DNA of 63,282 nucleotides, counting the filler, from Octopus bimaculoides (Eukaryota): assembly GCF_001194135.2 (NCBI RefSeq). It is 6 parts of 6 records of this genome, joined end to end, with 100 filler letters (N's around TTAATTAATTAA, not from the genome) between each part and the next. Parts side by side here need not be neighbours in the genome. Positions count along the whole stretch, not along the records: positions 21,677 to 39,464 come from NC_068990.1; positions 39,565 to 50,929 come from NC_068987.1; 4 more parts are not named here. The stretch is one strand, 5' to 3'. Position numbers and translations under genes: made by a program. The notes below the pieces were generated by a model. It worked only from the letters and a program-made list of their open reading frames with translations, did not search any database and was not told where the DNA came from. Below, piece by piece: positions 36,191-47,439 of the stretch. Position 1 is the stretch's first letter, and each line of letters opens with the position of its first letter.

Positions 36191-38581
36191 CGAGAAGTTT
36201 TGCAAAAGTTTTGAGCCCAACACTCTTATGACATGACAGCAGTAAAATTATACACTTATTTAAATTTTTTTACCAACAAATTGTATTTGCTTTTAGAAAA
36301 GTCATTATTAGCTTCGATACACTTATCGTGTCACTCATCCAGCTGCTTAATACCACTTAATGGGAAAAGTTTCTCTTGTACAACCAAGCATTATTGTGTA
36401 ACTGACTGCTTTTCTTCAATACAAGAGAATAGTTTGCCCTTCAGAATTTCCTTCAAATTATTTGGGCATATATGAAGAGGAAGATCAAGTATAAAGGCTA
36501 GGTGTGGTAGCTCTTGGAAAATTCAAATATTCAAATGACATTCTTTGACACCAGAGCCGTGATACTCTGGTATATGACCTTAAAGAATCATAAGATTCGA
36601 TATTCCACAGCTCTTTGTATTGGCACAATTTCACAAACACTGCATAAAACCAGATTAATAGGCGTCTATGAATCTTTTTTATGCAGTTTGCGGTCAATTA
36701 ATCCCACATTCTCAAACTTACAGTGACAACTGGAATGGTGTTAATTTCAGGTCACATAAATGTGCGTCACCCTGGTCGCAAATAACGATGCGCAGAAAAA
36801 AAATATCTTGGACAGAAATTCAGAATATCTGCTGTGAAGTATAAATAAATGGATTTATATAATTATTCCATTATCATCATTATTTTTACTATCCTTATTC
36901 CAATCATTATTCATATACTCATCATATTAATATTATTTTCTATGTTAGTATACGGTTCATACCTGTACTAAGAATGTCAACATGAGTATTTATGTTTGAG
37001 CTTCTACCTTAATAATATGAAACAACATGATTTCCGGCTTTGTATCCGGTTGCCCCAAGTCTTATTTCCGAAGCTGACTAGATGGAAAGACTATTGGATT
37101 GCCCGTAAATGCTCGTTCATAGCTGACTTTTTCCGTCACCTGGTTTAAAAACATCACCTGGGTACAGGGTGACATTAGCTGAATCCAATGTCTTACGAGC
37201 CCTGAAACCGAGATTCTAATAACGATAATGTATCAGTAGTAGATATGTTTCCCTTTTATACCACCAGGTACATATCATGGGAGATTTACTTAACTTCTGT
37301 GAACATATCATATCCGTGAACATATCATGGGAGATCTACTTAACTTCTGACTAAGCTATTGCAGAAATCATAGCAGATATTGGGAATGGAGTATTCAGAT
37401 TTCAAGGCTATACAGGAATTAACTACTAAAACATCTATGTAATATAATTTTGAACAAGCATACAGCGACGGAGAAGAGCGAAAAGAAATAGAAAGAGGGG
37501 TATTTTTGTTACTAATAGAAAGTTTCACCATAAGAAAAATGGACGGAATTTGCTCTGCATAAATTCTCTTAAATAATTCTGGCGTACTCAAAACATACCT
37601 ACATTAGTATACATCAACACTAATTATGTTACCAAACTTAGAAAAAACAGAAAACAACAACCATATGGGGCAGTGTGTAGTTTTTTAAGAAATATCTCTG
37701 GAACTTGTGCACGTGTTAGTGATGCATAATCATATATATTATAAATATTTCAATTCATACATTAAGAACTAATAATCTGCATGCATCGACACGAATTTTT
37801 TACATATACCTATTTACCCTCACACCATACACAAGCATACATATGTATATATGTGTGTGTGTGTTTATATGCATATATGTGTATATATATATATATATAT
37901 ATAGATATATATATATANNNNNNNNNNNNNNNNNNNNNNNNNNNNNNNNNNNNNNNNNNNNNNNNNNNNNNNNNNNNNNNNNNNNNNNNNNNNNNNNNNN
38001 NNNNNNNNNNNNNNNNNNNNNNNNNNNNNNNNNNNNNNNNNNNNNNNNNNNNNNNNNNNNNNNNNNNNNNNNNNNNNNNNNNNNNNNNNNNNNNNNNNNN
38101 NNNNNNNNNNNNNNNNNNNNNNNNNNNNNNNNNNNNNNNNNNNNNNNNNNNNNNNNNNNNNNNNNNNNNNNNNNNNNNNNNNNNNNNNNNNNNNNNNNNN
38201 NNNNNNNNNNNNNNNNNNNNNNNNNNNNNNNNNNNNNNNNNNNNNNNNNNNNNNNNNNNNNNNNNNNNNNNNNNNNNNNNNNNNNNNNNNNNNNNNNNNN
38301 NNNNNNNNNNNNNNNNNNNNNNNNNNNNNNNNNNNNNNNNNNNNNNNNNNNNNNNNNNNNNNNNNNNNNNNNNNNNNNNNNNNNNNNNNNNNNNNNNNNN
38401 NNNNNNNNNNNNNNNNNNNNNNNNNNNNNNNNNNNNNNNNNNNNNNNNNNNNNNNNNNNNNNNNNNNNNNNNNNNNNNNNNNNNNNNNNNNNNNNNNNNN
38501 NNNNNNNNNNNNNNNNNNNNNNNNNNNNNNNNNNNNNNNNNNNNNNNNNNNNNNNNNNNNNNNNNNNNNNNNNNNNNNNNN

Positions 38582-38638
<57 letters not shown>

Positions 38639-39423
38639 CATACATATCAATGAATGTTATTTGAGAGATTTCAGTCCACAGAAATGTAAGAACAACAACA
38701 AAGCAATCAAATAAATTGATAAATAACATACAACGACATAGAAATGTAAAAAAATATATATACATATATTCTACGCACTATACATATCAATAAATTTACA
38801 AAGAATAAAGAAAAAGCAGAAATAAACATCTGGAATAATGTAGAGAAATATCCGAGAGTTGGGTGTTTGGATTACTCCATCTTTGACAGGCTGTATCAAC
38901 ATAAAATAGATGAAAGCTGAACAGGCATGTCCACTCAATGAGTCACCCCACCCTTAATGGTAATAATGCCTTAGATTACATATTGAAAAAAAAAAAAAAG
39001 AAAAAGAGATTGGAGTGCGAAAGGAGAGAGAACGATAGCAAGTAAGGTAAAGTTCGTCGGTGGCGGAAGATGTTTCGTTGTAGAGAGATGGAAGATGACA
39101 ACGTAACTTTCGAACTTGTGGAGAGAGGGAGTTGAGAGAAATTGAGATGAGAGTTGACACAGACATAGAGGAACAGGAGGCAAACATTACATTGCCAACA
39201 GCAGGAGGAAGGACNNNNNNNNNNATATATATATATATGTATGTATATAATTGCATATACAAGTGTATTTGTGTTTGTATGTATGAGAGAGAGAGAGAGC
39301 AAGAGGCCGACAGATACACTTAGAAACATCCATATATACCAGATATACATGTTCACACTCACACACACGTACATTTAGGCACACTTATAGACGCACACAT
39401 ACACACTCACAAATATATATATA

Positions 39424-39464
<41 letters not shown>

Positions 39465-39564
39465 NNNNNNNNNNNNNNNNNNNNNNNNNNNNNNNNNNNN
39501 NNNNNNNNTTAATTAATTAANNNNNNNNNNNNNNNNNNNNNNNNNNNNNNNNNNNNNNNNNNNN
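39465..39564. other. Artificial spacer 44N-TTAATTAATTAA-44N
   Basis: Identical 100-bp structure. Confidence 0.95.
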
Positions 39565-39895
39565 CAATTGTCTTCCACGTTGTATGATGCTATATCCCCT
39601 TCTATTTCGTTAAATGCTTCAAGTAACTTGTCTCTAAGTCTCTGTCCGTTTGCAGGGTCTTTAAGCTTCCACACCCTTCTTCTCCAAGCCTGTCTAATTC
39701 TGGGCACCCATTTTGCCTTGATCCCAAAGTCGCTAACTACTAATCTATGTTGTGGGGTACATTCTTCGCCAGGGTAGGTTTTGGCATTTATAAGCCGCCC
39801 TCTTTCCCTATTTCTGGCGAGGATGTAGTCGATTTGGCTAGAGTGTCTGCCGGAGCGGTAGGTGACTAGGTGACTGGCAGGTTTCCTGAAGTAAC
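39565..39895 (-). mobile_element. RTE-clade LINE fragment (end of APE domain and linker)
   Basis: FRKPASHLVTYRSGRHSSQIDYILARNRERGRLINAKTYPGEECTPQHRLVVSDFGIKAKWVPRIRQAWRRRVWKLKDP. Confidence 0.88.
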
Positions 39896-39989
39896 TGTAT
39901 TTATGAAGTTCTACTGTTTAATTCAAAATTTAGATTTGTTATAGTAAAGTTAGAATTACATTGACTAAATACTACTAGTGTTGTATTTC

Positions 39990-40170
39990 TCTATGTCAGC
40001 CTTGATCAAACTGGCTTATGGTCAAAAGTATTTCAGCTATGGTCATCACATCTTTTTATGTAAAGCTACATTTTTCAAATATCCTCCCTTTTTACTATTT
40101 TTATAGAATAGGATGTGATCTGAAAAGATTTTGTAGCTGTTTTTGGAATATCAATTGACCACATGGATGC
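39990..40170 (-). repeat. Interspersed repeat family C (degenerate)
   Basis: GTCAGCCTTGATCAAAC..TATGGTCAAAAGTATTTCAGCTATGGTCATC is the reverse complement of the 2770-2830 end. Confidence 0.45.
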
Positions 40171-40334
40171 CCCTTCTTTGGCTTGCATTACCAAATGTAG
40201 AATGAGAAGAAAGTTGATGTTTTTGTCTAAGTCAGTGAGTAAAGGGCATACCAAGCCACCAGTGCTTCTCTAACAAACATCTTCAGTGAAAGAGCAAAGA
40301 TACATTAGATATTTTAGCTCTACATAATGCTTAG

Positions 40335-40537
40335 CCTTTTAGCAGACTATTCTGTCAAATGTAATTCTTATTTATTCACATTGTTTTGAATTAAACATGC
40401 ATTATATCATAATTTTAAGATTTCAATGATGCAATTTTTTGTTTTGAATAACATTATCTGGTAGATGTGAGAAGCCAGATCTAGCCAATTTTGATATAGA
40501 ACAAGTAGAATATATGGCTGGTTTAAATGTTAAAGAG
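40335..40537. mobile_element. Degenerate piggyBac-type MITE
   Basis: TTAG|CCTTTTAGCA ... TGTTAAAGAG|TTAA, consistent with decayed TTAA|CCCTTT..AAAGGG|TTAA termini. Confidence 0.45.
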
Positions 40538-41209
40538 TTAAACAAACTAGACAGGATAGTTTCAGTTTGAATACCTTTGGTCATATGTCTACTCTGTCAG
40601 CTGATTCAAGGCTGAACAACATCAACAACAATTAAGATCTTGACTGAATATTACAAAACAGAAGAAAAATAAATAAATATGAAATAACTGATTGTTTGAC
40701 AACTGCTTAGATTTAGCATTGACTCAAGTGACTATCATGTCATAAAATAATGCTAGAACCTGAAAATCATGTAAACGTTATTGTAAACAAAGCTCTACTT
40801 ATTAGACATACTCTACTGAAATGCATTATAAAAAAGTAGTATTTAAAATGCTTCTAAAATATTTAGAGAAGAGAAGTATTATTTCTTTATCCTAGAAAAA
40901 AAAAGTAAATATTTGCATACTCCTCATATTGCCTGCTGTAAAAGTTGTCAGGCCATTATTGTCTATACACATCAAGAAATTTTACCCTGTTTTTATCTGT
41001 TTTGCAGTTCTTTTTCTCATCACAGTTATTACTAGTTTTCCAAAACCTCTCCCTTATCTTCTTCATGTGTGTTTTAATGTTAATACAGTTAATACAATTG
41101 TCTTTATTCTTCTCACAGATTAATTCCACCTCTCTCTCTCTCTCTCTCATTGGAGAAAATAACTATTGTAGTATCCAGAGCAACAAATCAACAACAACAC
41201 ACACACACA

Positions 41210-41242
<33 letters not shown>

Positions 41243-41941
41243 TAGAATGTTTTAAAACTACTGTTACTTCTACTCAGTTTCTGTTAATAAATGAACAATG
41301 TTTTTGTATCAAAGAAGGAAGGTCAAATCCCATGACTGTTATAAATTACTCTCAAACTGAAGAGTTGGCTTGAATACTTCCAACAGAATGGTTCCTGTAA
41401 AAGCATCCAAAGACCAGGTTTTGAGTTGAACAAATTAAGTCTACCACTCAAAATCAGTAAGTCTTTCCAAAGGACTTCCATACAGTTTCTATCTATCAAA
41501 TTCCACTCACAAAGCTTCAGTCAACCCCAAAGTTGAAGCAAAAGATATTTGCCCAAAGTGACATATATTTAAAAAGAAACAAAAAACTTGTTAGCCTCAC
41601 AAGTTATGTATTGCCATATGTTGTCATATTAGTCTGAAAAATGGTTATTGATGTGTGTACAGAGGAAGAATGCTTGTAATTTCTTGAAATCATTCTTAAC
41701 TGAACTATAAAATATCATCTATACAAATCTGAGATTACGTAGCTTAAAATGGATCGGTTTAAGCTCTAGTAAGCTGATAACTTCAAAGAATACGTAAGTA
41801 AGAAATGTTCCTGTGGGAAGAAGGGTTGATGGTTTTAATTATCCAGAGTAACACAACTGAGTTGATTAATGCAGAAGAGGAGAGGGTATAGAGTGGGCTT
41901 ATGTAAAGAATGGTACAGAATTGTACAAAATACAGAGAATC

Positions 41942-41998
<57 letters not shown>

Positions 41999-42440
41999 TA
42001 GATATTGTAGACTGAAGTGGATGAAGGTGTGACTGTTTAGTAAATCATTCTTTTATATGAACATAAAAATGCATTCTTCTCTTTACAATCCAATTATTTT
42101 GAGTTCTCATGTTTTATTTTCTATTAAAATTGAGAGCGCTTGGTTACATCATTGTTAAATTTCCATTGAATTGAAATAATTTCACCTAATTTTTGCAAAC
42201 ATTACAATCTACACCAACTCTGTCATTACTTTTGGCTGAGCTGAGATCACCTAACTATAGTGAAGAACCATCTCTTTAAGAACAATGCCATACAAGGCAG
42301 CTGCTCAACTACTTGCTTTAGTTACAATATCAGATTTTATAACGCAGCTAAGTGTTGTATCCCTAGGCAATGAACAAAGCACATATTTTTGTCTACCTAA
42401 ATTTATTTGGTTGAAAGTAGGTTCCACTTTTATTTCATCA

Positions 42441-42640
42441 TAGGCACAGGCATGATTGTGTCATTAAAGAGCTTGCTTTCCAACCGTGTGGTCTTAGGTT
42501 TAATCCCACTGTGCAGCACCTTGGTAAGTGGCAGCTACTATAGCCTCAGGCTGATCAAACCTTTGTGAGTGGATTTAGTAGACTATGTATGTATGTATGT
42601 ATGTACATACGTACATACGTATGTATGTATGTATGTATGG
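42441..42640 (+). mobile_element. tRNA-like head of SINE family B followed by (TATG)n
   Basis: AGGCACAGGCATGATTGTGT..GCTTGCTTTCCAACC..GGTTTAATCCCACTG..CACCTTGG..ACTATAGCCTCAGGCTGATCAAA..GTGAGTGGATTTAGTAGAC. Confidence 0.65.
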
Positions 42641-43197
42641 CAAGGTATAAATAAAGGTCATTATATATTTTGCGTTTATTTGAGCAAATTTGGCTTACAG
42701 CTGTTTCCAGTAGTCATTATAGGTACATTACTGAGAGGTTTATTCAATTGGTCTATCGATCAGTTGAGAAAAATTGAAGAAAATTAATGCTAAAAAGTTA
42801 ATGCTACTTTCGTCAGAGCCATTTCTGCTTATTACAAAGCAGAACACTGAAAGAATAGGGGAGGGGGGAGGGAGGGAAAGAGAAAGAAAGAGTCAAATGA
42901 AATAGGGATAAAGAAGAAAGGGAAGGCAAGTTACAATTTGGAAAGGAAGTATTTAGGTGAAGAGAAAAAAGGAAAGAGAGGAAGAAATAGAAAGAATAGA
43001 GGAAAGGGTCACTCAATAGAAGATGGGGATAAAATGGCCGAAATTTGGGAAAAGGTCATTCATAAAACATTAGTGTATATAATCAGGTCAACACACGTGA
43101 ACATATTTGCATTGCTTTTAGGTTATTCTCCAAATGTGTTAAATTTTGACATGACCATTTACAGTCATTAGTACTCCCATGCATAGCAAGGGAATTG

Positions 43198-43996
43198 GGA
43201 TCTTTCTGAATTGACGGGCACCACTTGTTTTCTTAACGAAACACTTTCAAACTTGGGATACTGGTAGAATGTGTCATATAAAACATCTTTTTCTCTTAGC
43301 TTTCTTAACAAAAATGTCTACATCGCAAGTTATTTCATGTTAAAGTTGTCGTATTTCTGTAATTTCAACCAATCACTGACGTCTATTCAGCTGAATACAG
43401 TTACTGCTGTTTTTGTAAACAATAATTTTTGCCAGTGTCAAGATCGTTATTCCCTGTTAATTATATCGTTATTCCCTAGTAAGGTTTTAGGGTTAGGGTT
43501 CGGGTTTTAGAGTTAGGGTTCAGGTTTTAAAGTTAGGGTTCGGGTTTTAGAGTTAGGGTTAGGTTTAGGGTTATGAGTTAGGTTATGGCAAAAATAATCA
43601 TAACCCTAACCCTAAAACTAATCTTAACTCTAAAACCTGAACCCTAACCCTAAAACCCTAGAGCTAAAACCAGTACAAATGCACGAACGATGTTATAAAT
43701 AACAGTACCGCCGATAGTTGTTGTTGACAAACAACGGCACTAATTTTATTCTAAGGAAAAGATCCCATTACACCGCTAGAATATGTTGTTTATATTTCAT
43801 AGCAATAGACGTCAGTGATTGGTTGAAATTACCGAAATACGACAATTTTTTTACATGAAATAACTTCGAATACAAAAATTTTTATCTGTTCTATAACACA
43901 AAATATACAAGTATACGAAGTTTGAAAGTGTTTCGATACCAAAAACACTACATAAAACATAAATGAAAAGTGGTGCCCGTCAATTCAGAAAGATCC
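43198..43996. mobile_element. Non-autonomous foldback DNA transposon (Merlin-like) with an internal telomere-like inverted array
   Basis: Perfect 29-bp TIRs GGATCTTTCTGAATTGACGGGCACCACTT (43198-43226 / 43968-43996). 8-bp TSD GGGAATTG (43190-43197, 43997-44004). Further inverted blocks at 43237-43254/43918-43935 and ~43328-43387/43804-43866. Confidence 0.85.
43484..43672. repeat. Head-to-head degenerate telomeric arrays, (TTAGGG)-like then (CCCTAA)-like
   Basis: G-rich 43484-43588 with a 20-bp higher-order unit GTTTTA(G/A)(A/G)GTTAGGGTTC(G/A)G, ~4 copies. About 10 bp of spacer, then C-rich 43599-43672. Confidence 0.9.
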
Positions 43997-44340
43997 GGGA
44001 ATTGTATTAGAAAATGAATGACATATCAGTAATAATCATATTATGGTGGAAAGGTTGAGAAAACTTTGGTTAGCTAAGATATAAAATACTGATAGATTGA
44101 GAAATGTGAGGTTGAAATAAGATAAAATCGAATTGAGTTATTTAAAGTCAAATAACAGTGGCGGCTGGATGTAATTTCAAATGAAACTCATTAAAGGAGT
44201 TTAAAAAATTTAAATGACTAAATAGATTATGGATTAAAATTTAAACTAAAATTAACATTAAACTAAAAATTAAAAGAACTATAAGAATTTTACAAAATAA
44301 AAGGTAATATTAAAGCAATAATAATAATAATAATAATAAT

Positions 44341-44547
44341 CCTTTTTACTATATGCACAAAGCCTGAAATTTTATGGGAGGGGACCAGTCAATTACAGCA
44401 ATCCCAGTGTTTTACTGGTACTTGATTTATCGACCCCAAAATGATGAAAGGCTAAGTCAACCTTGGAGGAGTTTGAACTCAGTATGTGAAGACAGGCAAA
44501 ATACCACTAAGCATTTCACTGGGTGTGCTAACAATTCTGCCAGCTCA
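44341..44547 (-). mobile_element. SINE family A, CpG-decayed copy
   Basis: Aligns over its full length with 4876-5090, with most CG changed to TG or CA. Confidence 0.85.
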
Positions 44548-44799
44548 ATGATAATGATAATAACGATACTACTACTAATAATAATAATAAAAAAACAACA
44601 ACAATAATAACACCAATAAAAATAATAAAATTATTAAAAAATAAATAGCTGAATAAAATAAAATTTTTAAAATGCAGAAGATTTTAAAATTTAATGATAT
44701 AAAAAAGCATATATACATATAAGTTAGGTAATTCATATTTATTTCTTAGGCATCATATCCATCCTGACCAATGTTTCTCACTGTAGTGTTAAAGTTATC

Positions 44800-45164
44800 T
44801 AGAAAACCTGCTGAAGGATTTATTATAGAAAAGCTTATAGCATATCGCTAATTCCTGCCTATGGTTAATAAATTTACTCTCTGACGAATGCATTAGGAGT
44901 GACCCCGCTAGGCAAAGTTTATATCTGCTTCCTATTTCATATGGTTTTGCCCAACTTAGGATTGACAATTTTGGTTCATATTCTGTCTTTTTCTCCCTAA
45001 ATTGCCACGTTAGCTTGCTAAGTGATGTCACATTTTCCTTATTTTTGTGTTTGAATGATGAGATGTGGTTGTAATAGTGAAGCTTAAATGTTATTGTGCA
45101 ACAGCCTCTGTAATTGTAAATTTTATCCCAGGTTACCACTTTTCACTCATAAACTATGTTCTAG

Positions 45165-45205
<41 letters not shown>

Positions 45206-45400
45206 CATGGCCATCAGCTGAGGAAGCTACGCTTGACCTCAGCTCCATATTTTGTTTTTGAAAATCATCAGTTTTCTCCAGAAAATAGCAGTACTTTCCT
45301 GTCATTTTCAACCAGGGTGGAGAATAAGGGATCCTTCTTCTGCTAGTGAGTTCCTTTTTTGTTAAAAGTCCCCTTATTTCTTGGGGACTTATCAAATTTA
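44800..45400 (-). mobile_element. Penelope-like element fragment (GIY-YIG endonuclease region)
   Basis: NIVYE*KVVTWDKIYNYRGCCTITFKLHYYNHISSFKHKNKENVTSLSKLTWQFREKK..ILSWAKPYEIGSRYKLCL. Upstream RRRIPYSPPW resembles the PLE WxNPP motif. Confidence 0.75.
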
Positions 45401-45429
45401 TTCCATTTTTTATTCCACATGGAAAAATT

Positions 45430-47400
45430 TAGAATTTTGCTCAATGGCAGCAACAAATAGTTTTGAGGGAGTTTCAGTCATGGATGAGAGAGGGGGAGCG
45501 ACAGAGGAGTGTCTAACCACAAAAATGAGAGAAGGTGACAGTTCTTCACCTGACTACTAGACAATCAAGTTGGCAAAACAAGATGACCATCCCAGTCACA
45601 AACAACAACACCTCTGATACCATTGCTGCCATCACCTCTGCCACAACCACTATGAACAACAACAGCAACAGTAGCAGCAATAGCAATGACAACAAAGCTT
45701 TGAAAAAATAAGCAGCATAGCTACAATATAAATGATTCCCCCACCCCACACCACCGTCAGCAAGTAGCTTGGCAACTTTGGTCAATAATATGAACATCAC
45801 CTCAAGCAAAAGCTTCACTTTGGCTCTGGCTAACACCAACAATAACAGGATCAACATCAGCAGCAAAACTTATATAATCAACACCAACAATAACAGGAAT
45901 GATAAAAACAACTCCTTTGCAGGAGTAACAAAACTGCAGGACCCAATTTCTCTGGAAGGAAAACATGTGTTCCTGAGTGAAGCAGAAAAACTCCTTAATA
46001 GAGGGGATAGGAAAACCAAGCTTGCTATCCCTTCAGATTTGATGGAGAAGACAGCCAGAAGGACCATCAAATACAGATGTATGTTGCTAAAAATGAGGAA
46101 AATTTTCAATGTTACACATCTAAGTAGAAAAATGCTTGAAAGTCATTTGGACTGATATTAATTTCCTCACATGAGGAAGACAATATGGTTCTGTGGAAGT
46201 GAGGTTCCTCACAGAGACACTGGCCCAAAAACACTCAATGCAAACATGAGGATCTTCTTCTTCCCACATACCTTGGACAGCTGGTGGTGAAAGTTAATAT
46301 ATCAGATGTGCCACCAGAATTAGACATTTGGTGGTTAGTGGCATGCACTGTGGTCAAAGGCCCAGATTCGTTTCTAGAAATTAAAAAATTTTGGGAGAAC
46401 TGGTCGGGTATCCCTGGACAAGGTCCCCAACCTTATTGAGCTGCCCAAAGGAGCACGACTCTTAAGTCATGGTGGAAGGCAGAAAGTGTAGGTGCTACAC
46501 TTGTGAGTTTAACACACATTTGAGGGCCCTCTGCCCACAACAACAAAATGGAGTTTGTGGAACAGTGGCTCTGCTAACAACACCACAACTACAAAAAGGC
46601 CAAAAGCTGCAACAACAGCCATTAAAACAACATCTTCAACAGCAGAATCCCACCACCACAATGACACCAAGAACTGTAGTGGTGGAAACAAGCAATGCCC
46701 AAACATCACCACAGATGGGCGACACAGATACACCATGATGATTTTCAAAAACAAAATATGGAGCTGAGGTCAAGCATAGCTTCCTCAGCTGATGGCCATG
46801 ATAATAATAATAATGATAATAATAATAATCTAGAACATAGTTTACGAGTGAAAAGTAGTAACCTGGAACAAAATTTACAATTACAGAGGCTGTTGCACAA
46901 TAACATTTAAGCTTCACTATTACAACCACTGGAGATTCAGAAGCCTTATCATGCGATGAGGAGGAATTGAATCCCCCAAGAAGGACTTGTGTTGAGGAAA
47001 GACAGAAAAATAGAAGGCCATCCTTCTATTTTCTGTTGGGAAAAAGCAGTAAAATAGAAGATACGGCCATCCTAAGCTGAAAGTGAAAAGACAGGACAAA
47101 GAAAATTCACCTAATCCATCAGCTACAGTAACAATAACACCAACACACTCACCCAAATCCCAACAACAAAAGCAATGCACACTCATTCAAACACAACTAC
47201 AAAAAGCACCAAAACAGAAACAAATACACAAAGAGAAACAACAATCGCAAGAATAACTTGTACAACTTAGTAGAGAACCCAAACACCTCATCAACTTCAC
47301 AGTCATTTGCAAGAGCAACAGCAAGCTGATGCAGGAAGTAGGGAAAAACACAAATATTCATACAAAGGTGTTTGTGAAAAGTCTGGCGCTTGTCATCAGT
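45430..47400 (+). mobile_element. Decayed gag-like ORF1 remnant (Tx1-type) with a zinc knuckle and N/T/Q-rich low-complexity flanks
   Basis: VKVNISDVPPELD..; VEGRKCRCYTCEFNTHLRALCP is C-x2-C-x4-H-x4-C (46493-46534). Multiple stops. Confidence 0.6.
46736..46929 (+). repeat. Inverted near-identical copy of Penelope segment 45065-45270
   Basis: About 5 substitutions outside the (AAT)n run by eye alignment. Confidence 0.92.
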
Positions 47401-47439
47401 AGCCTGGTCTGGGAAGCGCAGACCTGAGTAGGTCTATCC

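Noticed and set aside
37020-37700. Toll-like receptor TIR domain (FRLCI.., LLLIE.., KTYL)
   Set aside because: Motif spacing is about three times too long and in inconsistent frames, so the resemblance is probably chance.
43484-43672. A genuine ancestral chromosome end-to-end fusion site
   Set aside because: The array lies centrally within TIRs and an exact 8-bp TSD, so it arrived at this locus by transposition.
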